From NCBI GenBank assembly GCA_965216875.1, contig OZ244207.1, positions 704,001 through 768,000 on the forward strand: a stretch of 64,000 nt of DNA, read 5' to 3'. The position numbers and the translations under genes were made by a program. The notes under the pieces were generated by a model that did no database searches, was not told the DNA's origin, and saw nothing but the letters and a program-made list of their open reading frames with translations. The number at the start of each line of letters is the position of its first letter. Position 1 is the first letter of the stretch. The stretch is from Rubripirellula sp. (lineage in GTDB: Bacteria > Planctomycetota > Planctomycetia > Pirellulales > Pirellulaceae). Shown here in pieces: positions 16,116-27,010 of this stretch.

Positions 16116-18233
16116 TTGGCAAAAGCAAACTCCGCATCGAAGTCGGGTCGCGCCGATGATTTGGAACGGATCATCCGGCGTCTCGATACGCTGTACGAAA
16201 GCGGCGAAGATTGTTTGCACCCCGATACCGGCATCATCGTCTCGGATGGCGAGTACGATGCGCTGCGACGCGAGTTGGCCGAGCTGCGTCCCGATTCGGA
16301 TCTGTTCGATGCAGCCACGGCGTCAAGTTACGTCACGGATGTCGGCAAGATCGTGCATGATCCGCCGATGACGTCGCTTGAAAAGGCGAGCCATGAAGAC
16401 GTCGCCACTCAGGAAGAGATGCTCTTCAAATGGCTGGTTGATTCGACCGAGGGGGCGACGGCGAAGATCCGCGAAGGCAAGATGGACTCGTTGGGTGGCA
16501 AAACCTACAAGGGCGAGTTGTTCGAGTTTGCCAAGGATTACTTCTATCAGGCGTACAAGCTTGATGGTGTCGCCCTTGGCATCTACTACAAAGATGGCAA
16601 GCTTGTCGCTGCTGGACTTCGACCGCGCGACGGCGTGCATGGCGAGGACGTCACCGAGCAGTGTAAGTATGTCGAAGGGATTCCGACCAAACTGAAAAAG
16701 AAGGTCACCTGCAGTATTCGCGGTGAGTTGATCTGCAAACTTTCCGACTTTGAAACGGTCCAACAAGAACTTGAAGCGGCTGGTGAGAAGCTGCGCGCCA
16801 ACCCGCGCAACCACGCGGCCGGCGGTATTCGCCAGTTCAAACAGCCCGAGAAGACCAAGCAGATGCGGCTGAGCTTCCTCGCCTATTCGATCGAAGGCTT
16901 GACGAGTCCGCCGTACTCGAGTGAAACCGAACGAGCCGATTGGTGCCGTGATGTGCTTGGTGTGCCCTACTGCGAAACCAAGATCTTTGAATTCGACGAT
17001 TTGGCCGCGATGGAAGAGAACGTGCCCAATCTCGATTATGAAGTCGACGGTGTGATCGTGGGCGTGAACAATCTCGAAGACCAAGAGCAGTTGGGACGCC
17101 ACGGCGAACGCGCGACCGGTAATCCGCGTGGCAAGATCGCTTGGAAATTCCGCGAGGAGGAAGCGACGCCGGTCATCAGCGAAATTGAATGGCAAACAGG
17201 TCGCACAGGAAAGATTGTCAGTGTGGCGATTTTTGAACCCGTTCGCCTCGCCGGAACAAACGTGTCGCGTGCGACGTTGCATAACGCCGGTTTCATGCAA
17301 CGCAATCAAATCACAATCGGTTCGAAGATCTCAGTTCGCAAAGCGGGCAAGATCATCCCGAAGGTAACCGGCGTTATTGATGGGCAGGGCGAGCCCGATT
17401 TTCCTGAGGAATGTCCCTCGTGCCAGGAAGCGACCAAGCTGGTCACCGGCGGCACCGAGGAAATGCTCGAACTCGTTTGCGAAAACGACGAGTGCCCGGC
17501 CCAAAACGTCAGCTCACTATGCCACTACCTTTCGACGTTTGGCGTTTTGGGGCTCGGTGAAAGCCGAGTTGCACAACTGGTCGAAGGGGGCGCGGTTTCG
17601 GCACCGGCCGATTTCTACAGACTTGATGTTGCCAGGGCGGAAGCGACGGGGCTTTCGAAACGCCAATCGCTGTTGGCGATCGGTGGGATTCAAATGATTC
17701 CCGCGCCCGAAAAGCTGGACGATGATCAGTTACAGGAACAGATCACCGCCGCAAAAGAAAACAAGAAGCCGATCCCGCTTTGGCAACTCTTCGCAAGCTT
17801 TGGAATCGACGCCGCCGGAAAATCGGCCGGGCGCGCGCTGGCAAACCACTTTGGTTCCTTTGACAAGATTCGCGGCGCTTCGGTCGAGCAACTTGAAGAG
17901 GTCGAGGACATCGGCGAAAAGACTGCCGAGACGATTCAGAAATACCTTGCTGAGCATGCGTCCGAAATCGACGATCTACTTGATTACGTCGAACCGGAAA
18001 AGCCAAAGACGGGCAAGCTGACTGGAGTCACCTTCTGCTTTAGTGGTGGTTTCGAAGAAGGAAAACGGCACTGGGAACAAGTCGTTCAAGAGCTCGGTGG
18101 CAAGTGTACCGGCAGTGTCTCGAAGAAGACGAACTATCTGGTCGCCGGTAGCGGTTCAGGGTCGAAGAGTGTCAAAGCCGAGAAGCTTGGTGTGCCGATC
18201 ATTTCGGTCGAGGAACTTCAGGAGCTGCTTTGA
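16116..18233 (+). CDS. ligA: NAD-dependent DNA ligase, divergent LigA homologue
   Basis: SDGEYD, KLDG, IRGE, ANPRN, EVDG, AWKF, GRTG, ATLHN, Zn finger CPSC...C...C, HhH motifs, BRCT (GSVSKKTNYLVAG). TTG start at 16116 inferred. Confidence 0.85.
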   Translation: MAKANSASKSGRADDLERIIRRLDTLYESGEDCLHPDTGIIVSDGEYDALRRELAELRPDSDLFDAATASSYVTDVGKIVHDPPMTSLEKASHEDVATQEEMLFKWLVDSTEGATAKIREGKMDSLGGKTYKGELFEFAKDYFYQAYKLDGVALGIYYKDGKLVAAGLRPRDGVHGEDVTEQCKYVEGIPTKLKKKVTCSIRGELICKLSDFETVQQELEAAGEKLRANPRNHAAGGIRQFKQPEKTKQMRLSFLAYSIEGLTSPPYSSETERADWCRDVLGVPYCETKIFEFDDLAAMEENVPNLDYEVDGVIVGVNNLEDQEQLGRHGERATGNPRGKIAWKFREEEATPVISEIEWQTGRTGKIVSVAIFEPVRLAGTNVSRATLHNAGFMQRNQITIGSKISVRKAGKIIPKVTGVIDGQGEPDFPEECPSCQEATKLVTGGTEEMLELVCENDECPAQNVSSLCHYLSTFGVLGLGESRVAQLVEGGAVSAPADFYRLDVARAEATGLSKRQSLLAIGGIQMIPAPEKLDDDQLQEQITAAKENKKPIPLWQLFASFGIDAAGKSAGRALANHFGSFDKIRGASVEQLEEVEDIGEKTAETIQKYLAEHASEIDDLLDYVEPEKPKTGKLTGVTFCFSGGFEEGKRHWEQVVQELGGKCTGSVSKKTNYLVAGSGSGSKSVKAEKLGVPIISVEELQELL

Positions 18234-18694
18234 TCGTGTAGGAAACCGAGGTGATGCGAGGCGTGTGCTGCATGCAACTCCTCAAGGCCTTTGCGATCAA
18301 AATGTCCGAACCCAGGATGCGGGTAATAGTCGCCTTCGTGTTCTAGCACGCGGCGAACACTTTCAGCGAAAGCCTCGACTTCCAACGCGTCCTCGAGTTC
18401 ATTGGGTGGAATGAACACCGAGGCTGTTTTGACGCCAGCTGGCGACGTGCCGTTGAGGACTCGGGGAAGCATCAAACGTCGGAAGATGGGGCGGATCGGC
18501 GCGAACAGTGACATCCATTTTGGGTATCCATCAACGCTGCAGTCTTGCGTGGTTCGCAGGTGGTAGCAGATTTGCCCGAGCGACCAATTGCCGCCTCGCT
18601 CATATCCGGATTGGAGCAGACGCTCGGTCTCGGTGACGGCATCGCCAAGCGATTGGAATGTGAGTTGCCGGCGTTTGGGTGTTGGTTTGGGCAT
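18218..18694 (-). CDS. DUF1569 (DinB-like) protein
   Basis: GNWSLGQICYHL, HPGFG, HASHHLGF; 3' end overlaps the ligase 3' end by 16 bp. Confidence 0.82.
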   Translation of the reverse strand: MPKPTPKRRQLTFQSLGDAVTETERLLQSGYERGGNWSLGQICYHLRTTQDCSVDGYPKWMSLFAPIRPIFRRLMLPRVLNGTSPAGVKTASVFIPPNELEDALEVEAFAESVRRVLEHEGDYYPHPGFGHFDRKGLEELHAAHASHHLGFLHDQSSS

Positions 18695-18710
18695 GGTCGC
18701 ATCAGCGTCT

Positions 18711-19859
18711 TCAAGTCGACATCGTTCGATCTGGGTAGACCGTTATCGCAGACAATTGTGTCGGCAAATTGTGTCGCTTGTCGATCGGGGACGTTTCGTA
18801 ACAAACGACGATGTCCCGATTGGGCGTCTGCGTGCGTGGCTGGTGGTTGTAGAGGTAGTTCTTGATGCCATCGCCGTAGTTGTCCACAAATTCGATCGAC
18901 GATTCGATCGCACCACCAATGGCGATCGGCGAGCGCGTTGTGGATTGTAGGGTCACACGGTGTCCACGTTCGTGAAGCCAACGTGCAAGCAACGACGGCG
19001 GATACATGTATTCGCCACTGCCAATCACGGCAACTTCTTCTGCGAGAGATCGTCCCTCAAGAAGTGCTTCGAAATCGTAAGTGGGCGGCGCCGTGATTCC
19101 TCGGCGAATCGTTTCGCCGCCAAGGATCGTATCGTGGCTGGCTGTCCCGCCAACCGCCGTGTGACGGGCATCGATGATCGCTTTCTCGTTGCGAGTGAAG
19201 TTCAACTCACCGGAGAGCAAGGAAACAAACTCGGGACAAACTCCGGTATCCTGCTCGATTTGCTGCGTCACGGATTCAATCGATTTGTCGTTCATCCAAT
19301 TGGTCAAGCAGACTAGCAGGATGCGGCCGAGTTTGCTGTTGCATGATTTCGCATAGTTGGCCACGAGTTTGGCCGCAGTGGCTCCGGTAGTGAACTCGTC
19401 ATCCACAACGACAAGCGTGTTTGCGCCAAAGAAAGCCTCGCGAGCTTGTTCGGTCGTCGGTTCATAAACGAGATGGCTGGTCGCGTGGCTGTGAGATTCT
19501 TCTGTGGTTAGCGCGACGGGGCGTGACAGCTTGTAACGCGTTGTTTGAACATAGACACCTTGGCAGTCGGTCGATTGCCAAAGCCGCTCGAAAAAGGTTT
19601 GGCCGAGGCTTGTCGCCGTTTCGGCCATCCCAATCACGCACGTTGTTTGATTCAGCGGCGGACAGCTTGCAAGCAGCGCATCGCAAGCACCTACAAGTTC
19701 GAAAGGGTCACAGGGGATGTGTTTGCCGAGGACTTTGCTGACAATCAAAAACGGACGCAGCGGATTGTTGCGACTGGCGAATCCGCACAGTCGGTCGAGG
19801 TCCCACGTTTCCTTGCGAGTTTGAATTTGGAGTGATCCCCACTCCAGTGGCGCGATCAT
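18711..19859 (-). CDS. Phosphoribosyltransferase (PRTase_2) plus TRSP domain protein, Ter stress-cluster type
   Basis: RNNPLRPFLIVSKVLGKHIP, IGMAETATSLG, EESHSHATSH, VVVDDEFTTGAT, GSGEYMY, QSTTRSPI. Confidence 0.82.
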   Translation of the reverse strand: MIAPLEWGSLQIQTRKETWDLDRLCGFASRNNPLRPFLIVSKVLGKHIPCDPFELVGACDALLASCPPLNQTTCVIGMAETATSLGQTFFERLWQSTDCQGVYVQTTRYKLSRPVALTTEESHSHATSHLVYEPTTEQAREAFFGANTLVVVDDEFTTGATAAKLVANYAKSCNSKLGRILLVCLTNWMNDKSIESVTQQIEQDTGVCPEFVSLLSGELNFTRNEKAIIDARHTAVGGTASHDTILGGETIRRGITAPPTYDFEALLEGRSLAEEVAVIGSGEYMYPPSLLARWLHERGHRVTLQSTTRSPIAIGGAIESSIEFVDNYGDGIKNYLYNHQPRTQTPNRDIVVCYETSPIDKRHNLPTQLSAITVYPDRTMST

Positions 19860-22800
19860 GGCAGCGGAACCTGACTTGGATGCCGCAGGTATCCGATGAG
19901 ATCGCGTATTTCGTTGTCGGACAGCACGCCCAGGATGCCGTCGGGCATCGGAGATTTGTCGGTGACCTTTCGCCCCACAACGGTGTCGCGGTCAATCGTC
20001 AGTTTCTCCGTCGCTGTCTGAAGCGTGAGCGTGCGATCGGATTCGTCGACAACCAATCCGTTGACGACCCGATCATCATCCAGCAGCAAGATGGTCATGC
20101 GAAAGTCTTTGTCGACCACGGCACTCGGGTCGACGATATTGCCCAGCAGGTAATCCATGTTTCCGCGGTCTGACCCTGTGAGGTCGGGGCCGATCTGTTG
20201 GCCTTCGCCGTAGAGCCGGTGGCAGTTTTGGCAATTCTTGACAAACAGCTTTCGCCCGTTGCTCTTGTCGGCTTTGGCGAGGGTGGTGGAATCGAGTCGC
20301 CGCTTTAGCGTTTCGATCGCTTCCTTTTTCTCGGCAGAGGATTCGCGAAGTTCGCCCCACACCTTGCCCACTTTCTTTGATACCGCCTCGTCATCAAGGC
20401 TGTGGATCTGACGAACATGAAACGCTGTTAGGTCGCTGCGAGGAATCTGGCCGTCACCAACCGCATCGAGCAACGACGACGCAAACGATTTGCGTGATGC
20501 GAGGATGGAGATGATTTGCGGCCGGAAGTTTCCACGGACATTACGATAACGTTTGACAAGTAGTTCACCGATTTTGGGGTCGTCAAACTTCGAAAGCCCG
20601 CGTGCGGCGATCACGTTGACCTTTTGATCGGTCATCAGCGATTCACAAAACGCTCGCAGATCGTCCGGTTCACTTTGGATCAATGTTTCCAAAGCCGCGA
20701 TGCGTGTTTCGGGGGCCGCCCCTTTGGTGTCTTTGACGATGCGTTTTAGTTCGTCCAGGGCCCGCCCGTCACCAAAAACCGCGCTCAGCTCTTGAATCAA
20801 AGGTTGGTGCTTGCGGCTGGTGAGCCTTGCCGTGAACGCATCCCAGTTGGACGGTTTCGGGGCGCGTCTCCAGCCTTTCAATCCAAGGCTCAATCCCGCC
20901 AGTACCTCCCTTTGATAAAGTTCGTCGTTTCGTTTCTCGCTCACTGCGAGCAACGCGCTCACTGCTTTCGGTTGTTTTTCGATTTCTTCCGCAAGGCAGC
21001 GAGAAATCAAACGCAACGTTGTGGGGAGCTGGCAATTCTCGGCGACGGTCACCAATTGTGTTGCATCGTGATCGGCGACGGCGATGAGCCCGTACCAGAT
21101 CATGAGCGGAAGATTGTGGTCGTCGGCATCTTCGCCATGCTTGACGAGCGATGCGGCGAGTTGGGAACGCAACGAAACGGGCAATCGTTGCAGCGTCGAT
21201 GCCAGTGTCAATCGAACGAGCGCGGAGGAGTCCTTTTCGGCAATCGCGACGAGGCGCGGCAGGAGACGTGTCGCTTCCCTTTCGATTCGTTCGGCTTCCT
21301 CGTTCGAAACAAAGACTGGACCCATCGGGTCGTCCAGTTGCCAGGTGTCGGTGAGCATCCGAATCGCCCATGCCCGAACATGCTCGTCCTTGTCCGCAAG
21401 TTGGTCGCTCAAGAAGCTCGGGGTGGCGGCATCGAGTGTGAACAATGTCAGCAGCGATTGAACTCGAACCGAAGATTTGTTCGATGGCGTGCTGATGATG
21501 TTAACGAGCTTTGCGATTTCCGATTCGAGCGAATCACCATTGGCGGCTCGAGCGAGCAACGCTTTGCGATCGGTTCGCAAATGATAGGCACGCGTTTCGT
21601 GTTCCGACGGGTTGCGGTTGTCGGCGCCTGGGTAGCTGATCTTGAAGATGCGACCGCTGGTTCGATGCACACCGGTATGTTCATGGCACTCACCGGTGTC
21701 GCTCCAGTCGAGAACGAAGACGCCGCCGTCAGGGCCTGCCATCATTTCCATTCCACGGAACCAAGTGTCTTTGGATAGGCAGAAGTCTTTGGCGTGTGAA
21801 GCGACGTAACCGCTGCCGCGACGATGCAACGTTTCTTGGTTGGCGCGTCGGCCATGAAAGTTAAGCGTGAACAGGTTGCCGCGGTACTTTTTCGGCCATT
21901 GGTTTTCGCGATAGATCAATGTTCCTGAATGCGCGTGGCCACCACCGTAGGAGTTCGCGGCCCCATCGCGAGACTTGGTCCAGCTCGCACCGGTGTCAAA
22001 GTGCCAGTGATCGGCGTGGAAGTCGATCAATTGATAGGTGCGTCGATTCGGATCGAGTGTGAATGGCCGAGTGAAATGGGCTCCTGGAATCAAGTGCCAA
22101 AGGTGACCATTGACCGTATTCACAAAGAACATTTCGCCATGATCATTCCAATCATGACCCCACGGGTTGGTCGTTCCAGCGGTCAACACTTCGACTGTCT
22201 TGCGTTTCGGATGGTAACGCCAGATCCCGCCTTCGAGTGCGAGGCGATGTTCGTCGGGCGTTCCTGGTTGGCCGATGCGACCGGGGCATGATCCACCGCA
22301 CCGTCCATATAGCCAGCCGTCAGGTCCGAACCGTAGCCCGTTGGCGAAGTTGTGAAAATTCTGTTGGGCGACAGTGAAGCCATCGAGCACGACTTCACCC
22401 GGATTGTCGGGAATGTCATCGTGGTTTCGATCGGGAATGAAGATCAGTTTGGGCGGGCACATGAGCCAGACGCCGTCATGATCCACTTCCAAACCGGTCA
22501 GCATTTGGACGTTGTCGGTAAAGACGGTTCGCTTCTTGAAGCGGTCGCCGTCGGTGTTGTCGAAGATCACAATCCGATCGCGCAGATCGAGTTGGAAACG
22601 CTGACTCCGTTCGGCGTAGGTGTAGTTTTCTGCGATCCAAAGCCGCCCCTTCAGGTCAAACGCCATCGCGATGGGGTTTTGCACGTCGGGCTCGGAAGCG
22701 AACACCGATGCGCGAAATCCCTCAGGAAGCGACATCGACGCGGCCGCCTTTTCCGCATCCATTCGCGTCGATTCAGCGAGCGGTTCGGTGTTGAAGAGTT

Positions 22801-22873
22801 CAGGGAAATCGGCGATGCCGATTGAACAAACAAGGCTCAGTGCGAGCCAGGCAAAGGGTCGGATCGGTAGCAT
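19856..22873 (-). CDS. PVC-type heme-binding CxxCH / membrane-bound dehydrogenase domain protein
   Basis: LPEGFRASVFASEPDVQNPIAMAFD, NPWGHDW, HEAT-like repeats, CQNCH...IGPDLTG. Start taken at ATG 22873; the ORF track extends to 22990. Confidence 0.88.
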   Translation of the reverse strand: MLPIRPFAWLALSLVCSIGIADFPELFNTEPLAESTRMDAEKAAASMSLPEGFRASVFASEPDVQNPIAMAFDLKGRLWIAENYTYAERSQRFQLDLRDRIVIFDNTDGDRFKKRTVFTDNVQMLTGLEVDHDGVWLMCPPKLIFIPDRNHDDIPDNPGEVVLDGFTVAQQNFHNFANGLRFGPDGWLYGRCGGSCPGRIGQPGTPDEHRLALEGGIWRYHPKRKTVEVLTAGTTNPWGHDWNDHGEMFFVNTVNGHLWHLIPGAHFTRPFTLDPNRRTYQLIDFHADHWHFDTGASWTKSRDGAANSYGGGHAHSGTLIYRENQWPKKYRGNLFTLNFHGRRANQETLHRRGSGYVASHAKDFCLSKDTWFRGMEMMAGPDGGVFVLDWSDTGECHEHTGVHRTSGRIFKISYPGADNRNPSEHETRAYHLRTDRKALLARAANGDSLESEIAKLVNIISTPSNKSSVRVQSLLTLFTLDAATPSFLSDQLADKDEHVRAWAIRMLTDTWQLDDPMGPVFVSNEEAERIEREATRLLPRLVAIAEKDSSALVRLTLASTLQRLPVSLRSQLAASLVKHGEDADDHNLPLMIWYGLIAVADHDATQLVTVAENCQLPTTLRLISRCLAEEIEKQPKAVSALLAVSEKRNDELYQREVLAGLSLGLKGWRRAPKPSNWDAFTARLTSRKHQPLIQELSAVFGDGRALDELKRIVKDTKGAAPETRIAALETLIQSEPDDLRAFCESLMTDQKVNVIAARGLSKFDDPKIGELLVKRYRNVRGNFRPQIISILASRKSFASSLLDAVGDGQIPRSDLTAFHVRQIHSLDDEAVSKKVGKVWGELRESSAEKKEAIETLKRRLDSTTLAKADKSNGRKLFVKNCQNCHRLYGEGQQIGPDLTGSDRGNMDYLLGNIVDPSAVVDKDFRMTILLLDDDRVVNGLVVDESDRTLTLQTATEKLTIDRDTVVGRKVTDKSPMPDGILGVLSDNEIRDLIGYLRHPSQVPLP

Positions 22874-23031
22874 CAAGAATAGCGAGCTGGGAGGGAGGAT
22901 GTGCGAAACAGGTTGCAGCCAAGACAATTGTATTCCGTCACCCAGACGCTGTCGCCTCGACAATGGTCGAGGTTTTCGGCGCAAATGCACACGAGTTGTT
23001 TAGGAGCACCGGTGTTTTTGGCAATCCCGGT

Positions 23032-24330
23032 TTAGGCCAACCCGTCCATCGTCCCGGTGCTGGTTGCGAACTTGTCGACCTCGAGTCCGACGTTTTGCAA
23101 GATCGAGACGAACATGTTTGGCAGCGGGTAGTTGTTCTTGCGGTCGAACGCCAAGTGTTGGCCATGCTTGAACCCACCGCCCGCCAACAGGACGGGCATG
23201 TTGCGGTTGTCATGATTCGAAGCGTTGCCAAGGTTGCTCGTCATCAGCACCGTGGTTTGGTCCAACAAGGAAGTTTCCGAATCTTCTGCACCGCCTAGGT
23301 CACGCAGGAAATTGCCCCACTGCGAAACAAGAGCCGTTTCGACCAGCGCGAGCTGTTCCAACTTGGTTTCATCGAGCCCGTGGTGCGAAAGGTTGTGGTA
23401 ACCCTGGTCGACACCTTCGATCGGAATAACCCCACCGGCACCTGGAATGTGAAGGGTGATGAATCGAGTTGAATCGGTTTGCAATGCCAGCTTGATCAAA
23501 TCGCACATCACGGCTTGACGTCCGATCAAGTCGCTTGGATCGCTGATGTCGACCGGCATCTTCATTTCGACTTTGGGTTTGGGACGCTTTGCCCATTTCT
23601 CGGACTCCGCCATTCGCCGTTCGAGTTGGCGGACGCTGGTGAAGAACGAATCAAGGCGGTCGCGGTCACCCGCGCCCAACTCTCGTTGCAACGACTTTGC
23701 GTCTTCGCCGACCGCATCCATGATGCTACGACCTTGGCGAACGCGTTGGGCTTGTAGTGCGCGCTGTTGCTTGGATTCGTCGACAAACAATTTCGCGAAC
23801 AAGCGTGATGCGCGGTCCTCGGGCGGGATCATCGCACCGTTCTCGGTATAGCAGGGACTGGTGCTGCCATCGGTGCTTAGCACGAGCGATGCGTAGCGTG
23901 TTGCGTCACCGAGATGTTTGGCCATCAATTGATCGATCGAGATCGTATTCTTGGCACGTCCGGAAGTTCCCATTGCGGATGCCGTCAAGATGCTCGCTTC
24001 CGCCCGGTGTCCGCCTTTGACACCCGGATGCGAGGTTCCGGAAACGACGGTCACTTTGTCGCGCAGGTCTTGTAGTGGTTGCATGTAGGGCGAAGCTGTG
24101 TAGTTGCTGCCAGCGTCATCGGGAAAGAGGTTGTCAGCAACCAGGCCGAGCCCGAGTGTCATTGCCACGAATCGTTTGGGCGACGCTTCGACCTCTGCTG
24201 TATTGGCCATCGCGGGGCGCATCGCGGTCAACCAAGGCAGACTCATCGCAACACCGCTGCCACGCAAAACGGTGCGCCGATCGAGTGATTGACGGCGACA
24301 GACATTCACGGACTTTTTGAAAAAGCTCAT
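23032..24330 (-). CDS. DUF1552 (HXXSHH) protein with Tat signal
   Basis: [29 protein letters not shown]. Confidence 0.9.
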   Translation of the reverse strand: MSFFKKSVNVCRRQSLDRRTVLRGSGVAMSLPWLTAMRPAMANTAEVEASPKRFVAMTLGLGLVADNLFPDDAGSNYTASPYMQPLQDLRDKVTVVSGTSHPGVKGGHRAEASILTASAMGTSGRAKNTISIDQLMAKHLGDATRYASLVLSTDGSTSPCYTENGAMIPPEDRASRLFAKLFVDESKQQRALQAQRVRQGRSIMDAVGEDAKSLQRELGAGDRDRLDSFFTSVRQLERRMAESEKWAKRPKPKVEMKMPVDISDPSDLIGRQAVMCDLIKLALQTDSTRFITLHIPGAGGVIPIEGVDQGYHNLSHHGLDETKLEQLALVETALVSQWGNFLRDLGGAEDSETSLLDQTTVLMTSNLGNASNHDNRNMPVLLAGGGFKHGQHLAFDRKNNYPLPNMFVSILQNVGLEVDKFATSTGTMDGLA

Positions 24331-24393
24331 CTTGTTGAGATCTCCAAGGCGGGTGTGCTGCAATGCGGCACGATGCGGTGGCTGGTGGTGGTT

Positions 24394-26760
24394 CTATTTG
24401 CTTAGGAAAATGGGACTGCAGACAACTTCTTCAAGAATCGAACGCATCCCATAGTCCTGTTCGGCAGTCTTTTCGACCAGCTGGTCGATGATGTGTCGAT
24501 CGGCAAAGGTGATGGGGGCACCTGTACCGTAAATCAACATTTTTTCGGCGACGTTCCTTGCGATCGGTGTGGTATCGACAGCCAGCAAGCGACGGAACTC
24601 GGCAAAATCGGTGAACGTTCTTCCGTCAGCAAGGCGGTTGCTCGGGTCAATGTCGGGGCCTTTGCGAATGCGACCTCCCGAGACGGCAGCATAATTTTCT
24701 CGCCAGCGACCGGCTGCGTCGAAGTTCTCGAGTGCAAACCCAGGCGGATCAATCTTCTTGTGGCAATTCGCACATTGAGTGTCGGACAGGTGTTTTTCGA
24801 GCTGTTGCCGAATCGTCTTTGCACCGCGAATGTCTGGCTCGACGGCAGGCACGTTGGTGGGCGGCGGCGGAATCGGGACGCCAAGAATGCGTTCTGAAAC
24901 CCAAATGCCGCGCAGCACTGGTGAGGTGTTGGTTCCGTTGGCCGTCACTTTCAATAGGGCACCGTGCGCCATCAGGCCCCCGCGATGATCCTTGGGGTCA
25001 ATTGCAACTTTTCTTAACGCGTCGCCTTTGACGCCATCGATGTTGTAGAACCGCGCCAGCCGGCTGTTGAGGTAGGTGTAGTCCGAATCAACGATCGCCG
25101 ACACGCTCTTGTTGTCGTCGAGAAGTTCTTCGAGGAAGGTGTGAGTTTCGGCGAGCATCGCGTTTTGGACAACGATATCGAAATTGCGATGCAGTTTGCG
25201 GTCGGGTTCGGTGAAGTCGATGTCGACCAGATCAAGCCATTGGGCCGAAAGGTCTTTCACAAAGCCTTTGCCGCGACGCGTCTCGAGCATCCGTCGCACC
25301 TGCGACCTGAGCACTTCGGCGTCAACCAAACGCCCTTGTTTGGCTAAACGCATGAGTTCCGCGTCAGGCATGCTGCCATAGATCATGTAGCTGAGCCGTG
25401 AAGCGACGGCAAAATCATCGAGCGGGCCCGGCGTTTCGCTGAAGTACATGAATCGCGGCGAACAGAGCAGTGCGCGGTAGCCGCTGCGAAGCGCCGCGAT
25501 CGGATCGCCGCCATCGTCGATCATGCGCCGAACCGGATCGGTGTAGCGTTTCAGGATTTCGTCCGATACGGGCCTGCGGAAGGCGCGTCGTGCGAAGCGC
25601 TTGAGCTGTTTAGTGACCGACGCTGCTGGATCTTTGTCGATGCAAACCAGTTCGCCGCGTTGCCGCTTGAACTTCATTTCGCCAAGCAAATGCTTCTGGA
25701 CCGTGGCAACCGGTCCGCCCGGATGGATTCGGGTGATCGTCATGTTGTGCAAAGCGACACCGGGAACGTTTTGAGGTCCGCCTTCGCCAGCGCCGACTTG
25801 TCCACCGCGGAACCGACCTCGTTTCAACGTTTCGTCACCGGGCCGAATTTCGACCATGTGGTTTTTGGGAAGCCATGCCTCGTAGGTCCACTCGGATGCA
25901 TCGTCCATCGCTTCGAACGCACCGATCCACGACATCAGTGGTGCGCCCGAAGTGCATCGGCCGCTGCGGACGGTACACCAAACGCCATGGTCGTTCGGTT
26001 TGTTGACCGCTGACGCACTGAAGCGGATTCGGTACCAGCCGCTCTCGGGAACGGTGGTCGAAGTGATGCGGCCATAAAAGACCATCGAACTTGACCAGAC
26101 CACGGCTTTGCCATCGAGCATTTCGGGATCACGACATCGCCGTCTCGGATTCTCGCGAGCAAGACGTCGGGCTGAGAACTCTTCGACCTCGGAAGCCTCT
26201 TTCTCTGCAGCACGTCGAAAGGCTTCATCCAATGCCGCGTCGACCACGGTCAAGTGCGATTCCATTTGGAAGTGTGACATCGGCTGGCCATCGGCGATGT
26301 TCACAAATCCTTCGGTCCGTTGCTCGTCGGGCATGAGGTTGGACAGCGGAATGTCGATTGCCAGCAGGTCGTGCAACGTCCGCTCGAGCTGGACATTTGT
26401 CAGACGCCTGGCCTGCACGCGTCCGGTCGACGCAAAGGATTCGGCTTGCGTCTTGCGCAACCAATTGCCAGCCGTTTTCTTGAAGTGATTCAGTTCCGCT
26501 TCGTCCAGCTCGCCATAGTCGGCCGGCGGCATCTCGCCATCGACGACACGATCGTACAAGCGAGCCCAACGCTCCATCGCACCTGGTTCGTCAATCGCTG
26601 GTAATGCGGAAACATCGAATCCGCCTTCTCCCTCAGAACCTTCGTGACAATCCAAACAGTTCTGGTTCAGAAAGGCTCCTATGTCTTTAGGAACCGATTG
26701 AGCACGTCCAAGGGCTGCGATGAGCAGAAACAAAGTGCAAAGAAAGAGGCGCTGAGCCAT
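24394..26760 (-). CDS. Planctomycete cytochrome c protein with DUF1587/1595/1592/1588/1585-type domains
   Basis: Signal peptide, CLDCH, GEMPP, RRLTN, ASRLSY, TSPVLRG, CANCH, GFALENFD. Confidence 0.9.
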   Translation of the reverse strand: MAQRLFLCTLFLLIAALGRAQSVPKDIGAFLNQNCLDCHEGSEGEGGFDVSALPAIDEPGAMERWARLYDRVVDGEMPPADYGELDEAELNHFKKTAGNWLRKTQAESFASTGRVQARRLTNVQLERTLHDLLAIDIPLSNLMPDEQRTEGFVNIADGQPMSHFQMESHLTVVDAALDEAFRRAAEKEASEVEEFSARRLARENPRRRCRDPEMLDGKAVVWSSSMVFYGRITSTTVPESGWYRIRFSASAVNKPNDHGVWCTVRSGRCTSGAPLMSWIGAFEAMDDASEWTYEAWLPKNHMVEIRPGDETLKRGRFRGGQVGAGEGGPQNVPGVALHNMTITRIHPGGPVATVQKHLLGEMKFKRQRGELVCIDKDPAASVTKQLKRFARRAFRRPVSDEILKRYTDPVRRMIDDGGDPIAALRSGYRALLCSPRFMYFSETPGPLDDFAVASRLSYMIYGSMPDAELMRLAKQGRLVDAEVLRSQVRRMLETRRGKGFVKDLSAQWLDLVDIDFTEPDRKLHRNFDIVVQNAMLAETHTFLEELLDDNKSVSAIVDSDYTYLNSRLARFYNIDGVKGDALRKVAIDPKDHRGGLMAHGALLKVTANGTNTSPVLRGIWVSERILGVPIPPPPTNVPAVEPDIRGAKTIRQQLEKHLSDTQCANCHKKIDPPGFALENFDAAGRWRENYAAVSGGRIRKGPDIDPSNRLADGRTFTDFAEFRRLLAVDTTPIARNVAEKMLIYGTGAPITFADRHIIDQLVEKTAEQDYGMRSILEEVVCSPIFLSK

Positions 26761-27010
26761 TGATCACTGGGTGATTGGGGTGGGAAAGCGGCGAAACCCA
26801 AGGGAAAGCAATTCCATGCTCATGATCGGGGACGCGGCAAATTCAGGCGGGACGACCATTGTAAGCAGAATCAGGCATTTTGGGGAGCTCACGCTACCGC
26901 CGTCGCTCATTCGTTCTGCGACGTTTTGCCGTTAATTACGCAGGATCGTGTACGATGAATACAACACTTTTCTCAATAAATCGGCCCTCCCGTGGCCATG
27001 AGGTCAACAA

